Source of the DNA: Cyclobacteriaceae bacterium
Lineage (GTDB): Bacteria; Bacteroidota; Bacteroidia; Cytophagales; Cyclobacteriaceae
NCBI GenBank assembly: GCA_026003355.1
Contig: BPHC01000003.1
Location: 39,093 to 103,092, forward strand
DNA: 64,000 bases
Direction: 5' to 3'
The notes under the pieces are model-generated. The model was not told where the DNA came from, ran no database searches, and saw nothing but the letters and a program-made list of their open reading frames with translations. Below are positions 46,820-55,575 of this stretch, one piece after another. The position numbers and the translations under genes were made by a program. Position 1 is the first letter of the stretch, and each line of letters starts with the position of its first letter.

Positions 46820-49366
46820 GTGCTGAATCTGCCTTCATATCGTTTTTTGCTTAAGCCGGCAGTATGGTGCCTGGCAACCGTGCTGCTTTGCCTGGCCCCG
46901 GCGAAGGCACAAAACACAAAAGGCGACCAGCCGGTGCGCCAGCCCCGCGAAACACGGGGCAGGGCAGGGCAGGGTACAGGAGAAAAATTAAAGAACCTTA
47001 CCCGGCGCATATTCCCCTCCCGCAAATCGCCTGCCATGCGTTCACGTTCCGCAATGCCTTCGGGCAGATCGGGCAGCGGTTACCGCAGAAATCAACCCGC
47101 TGAGGAAAAGGCCTGGAAGGGCAATGCAGCGGGCAATCGCATAACGGTACGCTCAGCCACCGGGCAAAGCCGCAACGTTTATCCGCAACGCGGCCGCTTT
47201 GTTCATAACCCCTCTGCCCGCCCTGCCGATGCACAGCAGCGCTGGCGTGCAGTTAAGGCTACCAGGGTAACAGTGCGTTCGGCCACGGGCCGCAACCGAA
47301 ATGTATATCCGCAAACCGGGCGTTTTGTTCACAACCCATCACGTTCACCGGGCCGTTTACCACAACGTATTTACTCCAATCAAACTATAATTGCACGCAA
47401 CCTGTCGTCTGCGAGCCTGGAAAAACCTCCGCGAAAAAAGAAACGCGTGGTACCTGCCTCGGCCTCCAGAGCTTACATAGCGCGTAAAAGCATAAACCCC
47501 TATGCCGGCTTCTGGAACCGCAGGCAAAAAGGTGAACGCGCCTATGTAGGCGATATCTCCGGCCGCAGGCTTCGAACCAAGAACTACGAGTCGCCCCGGC
47601 CGGATATAGTAAAGCCCACCACCACACCGTATTATGGACGAAAACGGTTAGGCGACCGCCCCTATAAAGGTCCGGCAGCCCGGGGCTATGTTACGGCTAC
47701 ACGGTCGGCCCGCGCCTGGCACGGTGATATAGCCGGAAGAAGAATACGGGGAAGAAATTTTTCAAGCAAACGTTCGACAGAGCAGGCTGGCCGCCCTGTG
47801 AATATGCCCCCTCAGGTCAGGGCCCGCGCTGGCGACCGGCCTTATCGCGGTAAGATTCCCGGCGGAGGATATAAAACCGCTACCCGCCCATCGGAAAAAC
47901 GCGTTTACACCTCACCCCTGCCTGCGCGTGTGCCGGGCATGGGCGCAAAGGGAATTGATAATTGGGCCGGGAGCATGCGCCTGCGGAAGGGATTTGGCGA
48001 ACAGGGTATTGGGTTTGCCGGAATTTTCAAAGCGCGCAAGCCGCAGAAAGGCGGGGGCAGCATAAGCGGGCAGTTGTGGAACAACCGGGGACAGCCGGTG
48101 CAGGGCAAGATACCTGGAATAGGTGCACGGAGAATAGACACCTGGTCGGGCAACATACGCGGTCGCAAAGCTTTTGCTGATCAGGGCGAGGGTTATGCCG
48201 GGGCCATAAAAGCGCGCAGGCCGCAGAAAGGCGGGGGCAGCATAAGCGGGCAGTTGTGGAACAACCGGGGGCGGCCGGTGCAGGGCAAGATACCTGGAAT
48301 AGGTGCACGGAGAATAGACACCTGGTCGGGCAACATACGCGGTCGCAAAGCTTTTGCTGATCAGGGCGAGGGTTATGCCGGGGCCATAAAAGCGCGCAAG
48401 CCGCAGAAAGGCGGGGGCAGCATAAGCGGGCAGTTGTGGAACAACAACCAGCAACCCATACAGGGTAAAATTCCGGCAGAAATGCCCGGCAACTTTCCCG
48501 GAAAATACCGCCTGTTCGACTTAAAGCCCTCGCTGCGCGATCAAGGTGAGGAATATACGGGTGCAATAAAAGCCAGGCGCCCCAAAAAGGGAGGCGGGAG
48601 CGTGAGTGGCAGGCTGTGGAACAACAACCAGCAGCCCATACCCGTTCGCACGCCCGATGAATCGGCAGCCAGGGCCGCCCGGTATTCCGGCAACCTGAAA
48701 GCGCAAAAAAAGGAGTACGACAAATCAATATCCCGGTTTACGGGCAATTATCACAGATTCGACCTTCATCCCGATATGCGCGATCAGGGCGAAGAGTTTA
48801 CCGGCTTTACGCGCCTGGCACGCTTCAGGCGAAACTATATGAAAAACCCCAACCAGGCAGATGGTGCCATTAAAAAGCAGCGACCGGATAAAACCACCTA
48901 CTCAGTACAGGGTTTGCAGGTGCGCATCAGGCAGCAACATTACGCAGACAAAGAAAATGCCGTAAAGGAAGCGCTTCCGGGTATAGCGCCCGGCCGCATG
49001 GCGGTAAAGGCAAGTGAGTTCAGCAGAGCCATGAAGCGCGAGTGGGATTATCGCCACAATCCGTCAAGCGCCAGGACTGCCCTCGAGGTTCGCGAGCCGG
49101 GAAAAGCTTTCGGCCGGTTAGCCGACTATCAGGGCAATATCCGCATGAGGAAATTTGAATTTTTTGGCAAAAAAGAACTGCACCCCGATGCGCAGTTTGT
49201 AAAGGTTAATAAGAATAACGTTAAGGAAGAGAAAGACCTACTCACATCGCTCAGGCTATGGTGGGACAAAACATTCAGAAGAGCAGAAACCCAGCCCGAC
49301 CACCTGAAGGAACGCGTGCGCAAGCCGCGGTTCGACAAGCGGGAGATAGGGCTTTGGTACGATTAA
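46820..49366 (+). CDS. Secreted, highly basic Arg/Lys/Gly-rich repeat protein (unknown function)
   Basis: 848-aa open frame with an N-terminal signal-like segment (..AVWCLATVLLCLAPAKAQ). It holds several internal repeat families, including four to five 60-aa units carrying KGGGS(I/V)SGxLWNN. The GTG start is uncertain. Confidence 0.7.
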   Translation: MLNLPSYRFLLKPAVWCLATVLLCLAPAKAQNTKGDQPVRQPRETRGRAGQGTGEKLKNLTRRIFPSRKSPAMRSRSAMPSGRSGSGYRRNQPAEEKAWKGNAAGNRITVRSATGQSRNVYPQRGRFVHNPSARPADAQQRWRAVKATRVTVRSATGRNRNVYPQTGRFVHNPSRSPGRLPQRIYSNQTIIARNLSSASLEKPPRKKKRVVPASASRAYIARKSINPYAGFWNRRQKGERAYVGDISGRRLRTKNYESPRPDIVKPTTTPYYGRKRLGDRPYKGPAARGYVTATRSARAWHGDIAGRRIRGRNFSSKRSTEQAGRPVNMPPQVRARAGDRPYRGKIPGGGYKTATRPSEKRVYTSPLPARVPGMGAKGIDNWAGSMRLRKGFGEQGIGFAGIFKARKPQKGGGSISGQLWNNRGQPVQGKIPGIGARRIDTWSGNIRGRKAFADQGEGYAGAIKARRPQKGGGSISGQLWNNRGRPVQGKIPGIGARRIDTWSGNIRGRKAFADQGEGYAGAIKARKPQKGGGSISGQLWNNNQQPIQGKIPAEMPGNFPGKYRLFDLKPSLRDQGEEYTGAIKARRPKKGGGSVSGRLWNNNQQPIPVRTPDESAARAARYSGNLKAQKKEYDKSISRFTGNYHRFDLHPDMRDQGEEFTGFTRLARFRRNYMKNPNQADGAIKKQRPDKTTYSVQGLQVRIRQQHYADKENAVKEALPGIAPGRMAVKASEFSRAMKREWDYRHNPSSARTALEVREPGKAFGRLADYQGNIRMRKFEFFGKKELHPDAQFVKVNKNNVKEEKDLLTSLRLWWDKTFRRAETQPDHLKERVRKPRFDKREIGLWYD
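47936..48655 (+). repeat. In-frame 180-bp (60-codon) tandem repeat array, about 4 units; core 48030-48447 is near-identical
   Basis: Sequence lines 48061-48240 and 48241-48420 are identical apart from 48091-48093 (aca versus gcg at 48271-48273) and one further a/g difference at 48219/48399. The flanking units are diverged. A second 126-bp duplication lies at 47141-47350. Confidence 0.9.
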
Positions 49367-49374
49367 ACGAATGC

Positions 49375-49779
49375 TTAAAAATTAAAATTAACGGTTTGTT
49401 TAACCGACTCGTGCAGGCTTAAGGCTACCGGACAGGTAAGGGCTGCATTTTTAAGTTTTTGTTTTTGCTCGGCCGTAGCTTGTAGGCCTGGATGCGAAAG
49501 CGTAATCTGTATTTCTGCAATTTTTCTGGGGTTGGCGCCCATTGTTTTTACAACTTCAGCCAGCATCCCGGTCATGTCCACACCTTCGCGCGCAGCCACA
49601 ATGCCCATGGTGGTGAGCATGCACGAAGCCAGCGCCCCGCACACCAAATCGGTTGGGCTAAAGGCTTCGCCCTTACCCTGGTTATCGGGAGGTGCATCGG
49701 TAACAAAAGCCTGTCCGGAGCGGGTATGGTGCAGATTGGTGCGCAGTCCTCCCCGGTAAACGGCGGTAAGCGTGGTCAT
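49375..49779 (-). CDS. OsmC-family peroxiredoxin-like protein
   Basis: 134 aa with two conserved Cys contexts (..LVCGALASCM.. and ..LTCPV..) typical of OsmC/Ohr. Confidence 0.75.
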   Translation of the reverse strand: MTTLTAVYRGGLRTNLHHTRSGQAFVTDAPPDNQGKGEAFSPTDLVCGALASCMLTTMGIVAAREGVDMTGMLAEVVKTMGANPRKIAEIQITLSHPGLQATAEQKQKLKNAALTCPVALSLHESVKQTVNFNF

Positions 49780-49840
49780 AAATCAAAATCCTGATTTTCA
49801 GCGTTATTAAAATGGCGGATAAATTTACCATCTTTGAAAC

Positions 49841-50572
49841 ATGAACGCACTAACCAGCGGAATTTGTACTGTGTTTTGTTTGGCCCTGGGGTTAACGGGC
49901 GCTTTCGGGCAAACACAGGACAGCTATGAGTACCAGACGGAGTTTGTTTGGGGCATAAACAAAAACACCTCTGGAGGGTTGATTGGCGGATTTATACTGA
50001 AAGGCGCCCGCAAGCGGTCCGATCGGCTGCTGGAAACCTTTGGCCTGGAAATCATGAATGTAAAGCACCCGCAGGAACTCCGCACCAACTCCTACTACAC
50101 GGGCAATTTCTTTATTTTCGGAAAAAGCAATTATTTATATGCCCTCCGCCTTCAGTACGGCCGCGACCTTATTCTTTTCAAAAAAGCCCCCCACCAAGGC
50201 GTGGAGGTAAAGGCCGTGGCGGCCCTTGGGCCCAGCCTGGGCATTGTGGCCCCTTATTACGTTGAATATTCGCTGGATAATTCCAGCTTTATAACCCTGC
50301 GGTCGCAGTATAACCTCAACATACCCGTAGACGCCATCTGGGGTACCGGCCGGTTGTTTGAAGGTCTGGGCGAAAGCCGCCTGGTACCGGGCGCCAACCT
50401 GAAAGCCGGCCTGAATTTTGAAATGGGCGACATAAAAAGCTCGGTTGCCGGCTTTGAAGCCGGATTTCTGATAGACGCCTATACCCGTAAAATTGAAATG
50501 ATACCCAGGGCCAAACAATATTCGGTGTACCCTACCCTGTACATCACCATATTTTACGGTACTCGTAAATAA
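49841..50572 (+). CDS. Hypothetical outer-membrane beta-barrel-like protein
   Basis: Signal peptide (..GLTGAFGQ), alternating strand pattern and an aromatic C-terminal strand (LYITIFYGTRK). Confidence 0.5.
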   Translation: MNALTSGICTVFCLALGLTGAFGQTQDSYEYQTEFVWGINKNTSGGLIGGFILKGARKRSDRLLETFGLEIMNVKHPQELRTNSYYTGNFFIFGKSNYLYALRLQYGRDLILFKKAPHQGVEVKAVAALGPSLGIVAPYYVEYSLDNSSFITLRSQYNLNIPVDAIWGTGRLFEGLGESRLVPGANLKAGLNFEMGDIKSSVAGFEAGFLIDAYTRKIEMIPRAKQYSVYPTLYITIFYGTRK

Positions 50573-50641
50573 GCCAATTTTTTTTTATCCGGAATGTGAC
50601 CTTTGCCTATATTTGGGGTTACAAGAGGTAAAAACAGGATT

Positions 50642-51319
50642 ATGGAACCGAAAAAAACCGAAAAGGCCGACCTGACCAACAAATCGTGGTTGTTTTTCAA
50701 CATCGGCCTCGTTATTACCCTGGCCATTGTTATCACGGCATTCGAATGGAAAACGGTTGATGACACCGATTTGAAAAACCTGGCCAAGAACACCAACGTG
50801 GTGGAAGAAATTCTGGAAATTCCGCCCACCGAACAACCTCCTCCGCCACCGCCCAAAATTCAGCAGCCCCAGATTATTGAGGTGCCTGATGAGGAAGAGA
50901 TAAAGGAGGAAATTAAGGTTGAATTTGACGTTGAGGTAACCACCGACACCAAAGTGGAAGAAATTCAGATTCAGGAGGTTGAGGTGGAAAAAGAAGACCC
51001 CGACCAGATATTTCTTGTAGTGGAAGAGCCGGCTTCGCCCAAAGGAGGCCTTCAGGCCTTCTACAAGTATGTGGCGAATAATATGAAATATCCCGCCCAG
51101 GCCCGCAGAATGGGCATAGAAGGGAAAGTGTATGTTGAGTTTGTGGTAAACCGCGATGGCTCCATTCAGGATGTGAAAATAATAAAAGGCATAGGGGGCG
51201 GATGCGATGAAGAAGCCGTACGGGTAGTGGCCAATTCTCCGCCGTGGAATCCTGGTAAGCAGCGTGGCAAACCGGTGCGTTCGCGTTTTCAGGTGCCCAT
51301 AACGTTTAAGCTGCAATAG
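50642..51319 (+). CDS. tonB: Energy transducer TonB
   Basis: N-terminal TM anchor, a Pro/Glu-rich spacer (PPTEQPPPPPPKIQQPQIIEVPDEEE), and a TonB C-terminal domain (YPAQARRMGIEGKVYVEFVV..DGS..DVKI). Confidence 0.8.
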   Translation: MEPKKTEKADLTNKSWLFFNIGLVITLAIVITAFEWKTVDDTDLKNLAKNTNVVEEILEIPPTEQPPPPPPKIQQPQIIEVPDEEEIKEEIKVEFDVEVTTDTKVEEIQIQEVEVEKEDPDQIFLVVEEPASPKGGLQAFYKYVANNMKYPAQARRMGIEGKVYVEFVVNRDGSIQDVKIIKGIGGGCDEEAVRVVANSPPWNPGKQRGKPVRSRFQVPITFKLQ

Positions 51320-51334
51320 GCGCAAAATACATAG

Positions 51335-51356
51335 CCCCCGTTTTTGGGGGTTTTTT
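51335..51356 (+). terminator. Rho-independent terminator candidate
   Basis: CCCCCgtttttGGGGG followed by TTTTTT, 15 nt after the tonB stop. It overlaps the stop codon of the convergent chrA. Confidence 0.6.
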
Positions 51357-52539
51357 ATTTAAGCACTAACCCCAGCAATAAACCGCCTATAATGATGAGC
51401 GGGTGGGGTATGCGCGTAAAAGTTAGCAGGGCAAAGGTACCTATCGCAAAACCCACCGAGGTAAAGGTATTGGCCAGCGGCTGAAACAAAATAATGGCCG
51501 CAGCAACCACAAGTCCGGTACTTGCTGCCGTAATGCCTTCCAGCGATGCACGCACGGCCCGGAAGGTTTTAAGGCTTTCCCAGAACCTGATAACAAAAAA
51601 TATAAGAAAGGTACCGGGCAAAAATATTCCTGCTGCCGAAAGCAGGGCCCCGGTCAATTCGCCGGCAATGCCGTAGTCGCGCATGGCCAGCGCCCCAATA
51701 TAGGAGCTGAACGAAAAAACAGGCCCGGGCAGCGACTGTGCAAAGGCGTAGCCCGTAAGGAACTCCTGGGCTGTGAGGTACTGCTTGGGCGCATATTGCA
51801 CAAACTCGGTGTACATCAGGGGGATGAGAACCTGCCCGCCTCCAAAAATCAGGCTGCCGTTGCGGTAAAAATTTTCAAACAACCTTATGGGCAGCCATCG
51901 GGTAAGGGCACCTAAGAGCGCAGCAGCTATGAGCACGCCTATCCAAAGGAAAAAATTCGACCAGCTTACAACAATCTTCTTCTTTTCCTGCCGCGGATAC
52001 CGGCGGTAATTCAGGGCGGTTGCCAGGCCGGCCACCAGTAAAATAGCGGGAAACACAAAAGGCGACTGAATGAAAAACGACACAATGGCCGAGGCCATCA
52101 TCAGCATAATTCCTGTAGCCGAATGAACAGTCTTCAGACAGATAGAATAGGCGGCGTAACCAACAAACCCCACGGCCATGGGCTGAATAAAGCGCGTAAA
52201 CTCCAGCGACCAGTTTTTTTCCTGAATACCTGAAAAGAATATGCCGGCAGCAGCCATAATCAGCACCGAAGGCAGCGACCATACCAGCAGGGTTAGGTAA
52301 GCCAGGTTAGGGCCGCCTATTTTATAGCCTATGGCCGTAAGGGTTTGGGTAGAACTGGGACCAGGCAAAATCTGGCACAATGAGTTTAACTCCATCAGCT
52401 CATCGGCAGTAAGGTATTGGCGTTGTTCTACGAGTACCCGCTGAAAGTAAGCCAGGTGTGCCTGAGGCCCGCCAAACGATGTTAAAGCAAGCTTCAGCAC
52501 ATCGCGAAGGAAAATGATATAGCGGATGCGCTGAATCAT
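51355..52539 (-). CDS. chrA: Chromate transporter ChrA
   Basis: 394 aa, polytopic. It has the duplicated CHR domain, including FGGPQAHLAYF...LPGPSSTQ. Confidence 0.85.
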   Translation of the reverse strand: MIQRIRYIIFLRDVLKLALTSFGGPQAHLAYFQRVLVEQRQYLTADELMELNSLCQILPGPSSTQTLTAIGYKIGGPNLAYLTLLVWSLPSVLIMAAAGIFFSGIQEKNWSLEFTRFIQPMAVGFVGYAAYSICLKTVHSATGIMLMMASAIVSFFIQSPFVFPAILLVAGLATALNYRRYPRQEKKKIVVSWSNFFLWIGVLIAAALLGALTRWLPIRLFENFYRNGSLIFGGGQVLIPLMYTEFVQYAPKQYLTAQEFLTGYAFAQSLPGPVFSFSSYIGALAMRDYGIAGELTGALLSAAGIFLPGTFLIFFVIRFWESLKTFRAVRASLEGITAASTGLVVAAAIILFQPLANTFTSVGFAIGTFALLTFTRIPHPLIIIGGLLLGLVLK

Positions 52540-52555
52540 AAGCCACCCGGGCCCG

Positions 52556-53527
52556 TTACTTCTTCAAGCCTATTTCGGCCAGGCGCTGATCCAGAAATTC
52601 GCCCGCGGTAATATCGGGCCATAGTTTGGGGTGTCTGGCATCTACACACGAGGGAAGTGCCGCCAGGCTCATCTCGCTGCGCGGGTGCATAAAAAACGGT
52701 ATGGAATACCGCGGGGTGTTCATCTTTTCACGGGGCGGGTTCACCACGCGGTGAATGGTTGACTTAAGCTTTTTGTTGGTGAGCCGTTCAAGCATATCGC
52801 CTACATTTACCACCAGCTGTTCCGGCAGGGCAGTAATGGGAATCCACCTGCCGTCTCTGCGCAACACCTGCAGGCCTTCGGCACTGGCGCCCATTAACAG
52901 GGTTATCAGGTTAATATCGCCATGTTCGGCTGCGCGCACTGCATCGGGGGGCACTTCATCCGGGTTGGTTATGGGGTAATAATGTATGGGGCGGAGAATG
53001 CTGTTGCCATGGCGTACCTTGTCGTCAAAATAATTTTCAGGTAAATCCAGATACAGGGCAATGGCACGCAGCATCTGCACACCTGTTTTCTCCAGCTGCC
53101 TGAATACTTCCAGGCCTACGGTTTTAAACTCAGGCAGTTCTTCCGGCCACACATTGGCCGGGTATTCGTTTTTAATGGGGTCATCGTCTTCCACCTCCTG
53201 ACCAATGTGGTAGAATTCCTTCAGGTCGCCGGTATTGCGGCCCTTGGCGTGTTCCTTGCCTTTGCCCACATAACCCCGCTGGCCGGCCAGGCCGGGGATT
53301 TCGTATTTCTGCTTTACTTCATCGGGAAGGGCAAAGAATCGCTTAACTACGTCATACAGTTTTTCGGCCAGCTCGCTGCTCAGGTAATGATTGCGAATGG
53401 CCACAAAGCCAATATTGTTATAGGCCGCGCCCAGGTCGGCAACAAATTTTTTCTTCTTTTCGGGATTTCCTCCCGTGAAATCCGCCAGGTCTAACGAGGG
53501 GATTTCATCGTATAAAATCTCACTCAT
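52556..53527 (-). CDS. 2OG-Fe(II) oxygenase (isopenicillin N synthase-like family)
   Basis: 323 aa with the HxD...H facial triad context (EHGDINLITLL ... STIHRV). Confidence 0.8.
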   Translation of the reverse strand: MSEILYDEIPSLDLADFTGGNPEKKKKFVADLGAAYNNIGFVAIRNHYLSSELAEKLYDVVKRFFALPDEVKQKYEIPGLAGQRGYVGKGKEHAKGRNTGDLKEFYHIGQEVEDDDPIKNEYPANVWPEELPEFKTVGLEVFRQLEKTGVQMLRAIALYLDLPENYFDDKVRHGNSILRPIHYYPITNPDEVPPDAVRAAEHGDINLITLLMGASAEGLQVLRRDGRWIPITALPEQLVVNVGDMLERLTNKKLKSTIHRVVNPPREKMNTPRYSIPFFMHPRSEMSLAALPSCVDARHPKLWPDITAGEFLDQRLAEIGLKK

Positions 53528-53549
53528 AAGTTCATAAAAACAGACTGTG

Positions 53550-53557
53550 CAAGCTAA
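53550..53557 (-). promoter_or_regulatory. Candidate -7-like box (TTAGCTTG on minus strand)
   Basis: The reverse complement of caagctaa, 22 nt upstream of the start at 53527. The same 8-mer occurs upstream of the small peptide gene at 63639. Confidence 0.25.
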
Positions 53558-53614
53558 ATATTTTTAGGTAAATTAGAAGCAGATGAGCAACCGTAAACCA
53601 ATGGTGATAAAGAC

Positions 53615-54322
53615 ATGAACCGGAGAAACTTTATTGAAAACACGGCCAAAGCTGCACTGATAATGGCTGCGGGCAGCAGCACATGGGCTGTAGCAGCGTG
53701 CAAGGTTGGCAGCCAGGCGGGTGCGCTTGTATTTACCCAGTTACCCCTGCCATATCGTTACGATGCCCTTGAACCGCACATTGACGCGCTGACCATGGAA
53801 ATACATTACAGCCGCCACCATGCCGCCTATGTAAAAAATGTGAATGAGGCCATTGCGGCTGAGGGCATTGCTTATGCCGATGAAGCTTCGTTTTTTGCCA
53901 ACTCCTCAAAGCTGTCGGCCAAAGCCAGAAACAACGGGGGAGGAGCCTGGAATCATAACTTTTTCTGGCAGGTTATGAAGCCCGGAGGCGGGGGCAGTCC
54001 TGCCGGCAAAGTGGCTGATGCGCTGAACGCCGCCTTCGGATCGTTTGAGAAATTTAAAGAACAGTTCAATGCTGCGGCCATGGGGCGTTTCGGATCGGGC
54101 TGGGCCTGGTTGGTAATAGATAACGGAAAGTTGAAAATCGGGTCTACGCCCAACCAAGATAACCCGCTGATGGACGTGAGTGAATTTAAGGGCACCCCCC
54201 TGCTGGCGCTGGATGTGTGGGAGCACGCTTATTATCTGAAATACCAGAACAAGCGCAACGAATATGTTGCCGCCTGGTGGAATGTGATAAACTGGGATGA
54301 AGTAGCCAAACGCCTGAAATAA
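53615..54322 (+). CDS. Fe/Mn superoxide dismutase with twin-arginine signal peptide
   Basis: N-terminus [27 protein letters not shown] is Tat-motif RRxFI plus a lipobox-like sequence. The canonical [23 protein letters not shown] follows. Confidence 0.9.
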   Translation: MNRRNFIENTAKAALIMAAGSSTWAVAACKVGSQAGALVFTQLPLPYRYDALEPHIDALTMEIHYSRHHAAYVKNVNEAIAAEGIAYADEASFFANSSKLSAKARNNGGGAWNHNFFWQVMKPGGGGSPAGKVADALNAAFGSFEKFKEQFNAAAMGRFGSGWAWLVIDNGKLKIGSTPNQDNPLMDVSEFKGTPLLALDVWEHAYYLKYQNKRNEYVAAWWNVINWDEVAKRLK

Positions 54323-54323
54323 C

Positions 54324-54623
54324 ATGTATGTGTATAATGTTACAATAGGTATTGATAGGGAAAACGAAACCGAGTGGATTAACTGGATGAAGCAGGAGCA
54401 TATGCCCCGGGTTTTGGGCACCGGAATGTTTTTATCGGCCCGGTTATTTAAAATTCTGCACGAAAGCGAAGATGGTACACTCTCGTATAGTGTACAGTAT
54501 GTGGCCGAGTCGCTCGACCGCGTGTCCGAGTATCTGGAGCGTTTTGCTCCTGCGCTCATAGAAGAGCACCGGCAGCGGTTTAGCAACCACGTGGCTTTTC
54601 GAACGGTTCTGGAAGAAGTTTAA
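54324..54623 (+). CDS. DUF4286 family protein
   Basis: 99 aa. MYVYNVTIGID..EWINWMKQEHMPRVL...VAFRTVLEEV matches my recollection of the DUF4286 pattern. It starts 1 nt after the SOD stop. Confidence 0.6.
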   Translation: MYVYNVTIGIDRENETEWINWMKQEHMPRVLGTGMFLSARLFKILHESEDGTLSYSVQYVAESLDRVSEYLERFAPALIEEHRQRFSNHVAFRTVLEEV

Positions 54624-54652
54624 AGCCGGCACCTTACCCCACTTTCTGAATT

Positions 54653-54934
54653 ATGAAGGCACGAAGGGTATCGCTTGATGAGCTCAGGCAACTGCGGTTT
54701 TCGGCCGAAGAAGTGCTTCCGGACAAGGCAGATCAATTTGAGCGGGAGCACAAACTCAAAACGGCCATGGCCCTTACCAATGCCGAACATGAGGAAATAA
54801 GCCTGTATGTGAAATTGGCCGATGGCGAGGTAGTGGAAGTGGTTTCGGACCTGATCGATCTGGAGGAGAATTATGTAGAAGTGCACGGAGGCCTGGGCAT
54901 TCCGCTGCACGCCATTGTGGAAGTAGGGGTGTGA
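54653..54934 (+). CDS. Hypothetical acidic protein
   Basis: 93-aa ORF in the same orientation, with no recognisable domain. Confidence 0.4.
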   Translation: MKARRVSLDELRQLRFSAEEVLPDKADQFEREHKLKTAMALTNAEHEEISLYVKLADGEVVEVVSDLIDLEENYVEVHGGLGIPLHAIVEVGV

Positions 54935-54936
54935 TG

Positions 54937-55440
54937 CTACTTGCTTTTGAGGGAGCCGGACGGTTTTAGCAGCTGTTCTATTTCTTCTCTTTCCAGGTGA
55001 CAGTTTATCCAGCCGTTGTCCAGGCGGGCGTTATAGTTTTTTTTATAAAAACGTATGGCCGGCTCATTCCAGTCCAGCACCTGCCACATCATGCCGGTGC
55101 AGTTCTGTTCGAGGGCGTGTTGCATAGTACGATCGAACAGCTTTCTGCCAATGCCTTTGCCACGCCAGGCTTCGGTAACAATAATATCTTCCAGATAAAG
55201 CCTTTTGCCCTTCCAGGTGGAGTAGCGCCAGTAAAATAACGACATGCCCACAATTTCACCGTTCAACTCGGCTACAAAAAAATCATAAACAGGATGTTTA
55301 CCAAAGCCATCCTGTTCCATTTGCTGTATGGTAATGGTTACTTCCTGAGGTGCCCGCTCGTATTCAGCCAGTTCTTTGATTAATTCCAAAATGCGCGGCA
55401 AGTCATTTTTTTGACCGGCTCTGATTTTTACTGCATTCAT
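54937..55440 (-). CDS. GNAT family N-acetyltransferase
   Basis: The start is set at MNAVKIRAGQ. The acetyl-CoA binding motif is VTEAWRGKGIGRKLF. Confidence 0.8.
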   Translation of the reverse strand: MNAVKIRAGQKNDLPRILELIKELAEYERAPQEVTITIQQMEQDGFGKHPVYDFFVAELNGEIVGMSLFYWRYSTWKGKRLYLEDIIVTEAWRGKGIGRKLFDRTMQHALEQNCTGMMWQVLDWNEPAIRFYKKNYNARLDNGWINCHLEREEIEQLLKPSGSLKSK

Positions 55441-55575
55441 AACAACTCCACTTATCCTGTTTAATGGCATTAAATTTAACCTTTGGCTAGCGCCCATCAA
55501 AATTTCTAAAGAATTACGAAAGTTCTGGTTTTACTTTAAACTTTAAAAATAATTTGATTTAACCATTTTGATTAT

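Noticed and set aside
47936-48655. Could the regular 180-bp repeats be a CRISPR array or satellite?
   Set aside because: The units are directly adjacent with no unique spacers. They are far longer than CRISPR repeats and sit in-frame within a long ORF. No cas genes are present in the window.
48027-48728. A 233-aa and a 180-aa minus-strand ORF with their own internal repeats.
   Set aside because: Their repetitiveness simply mirrors the 180-bp tandem repeats of the plus-strand gene. The plus-strand frame is open for 848 codons and has a signal peptide.
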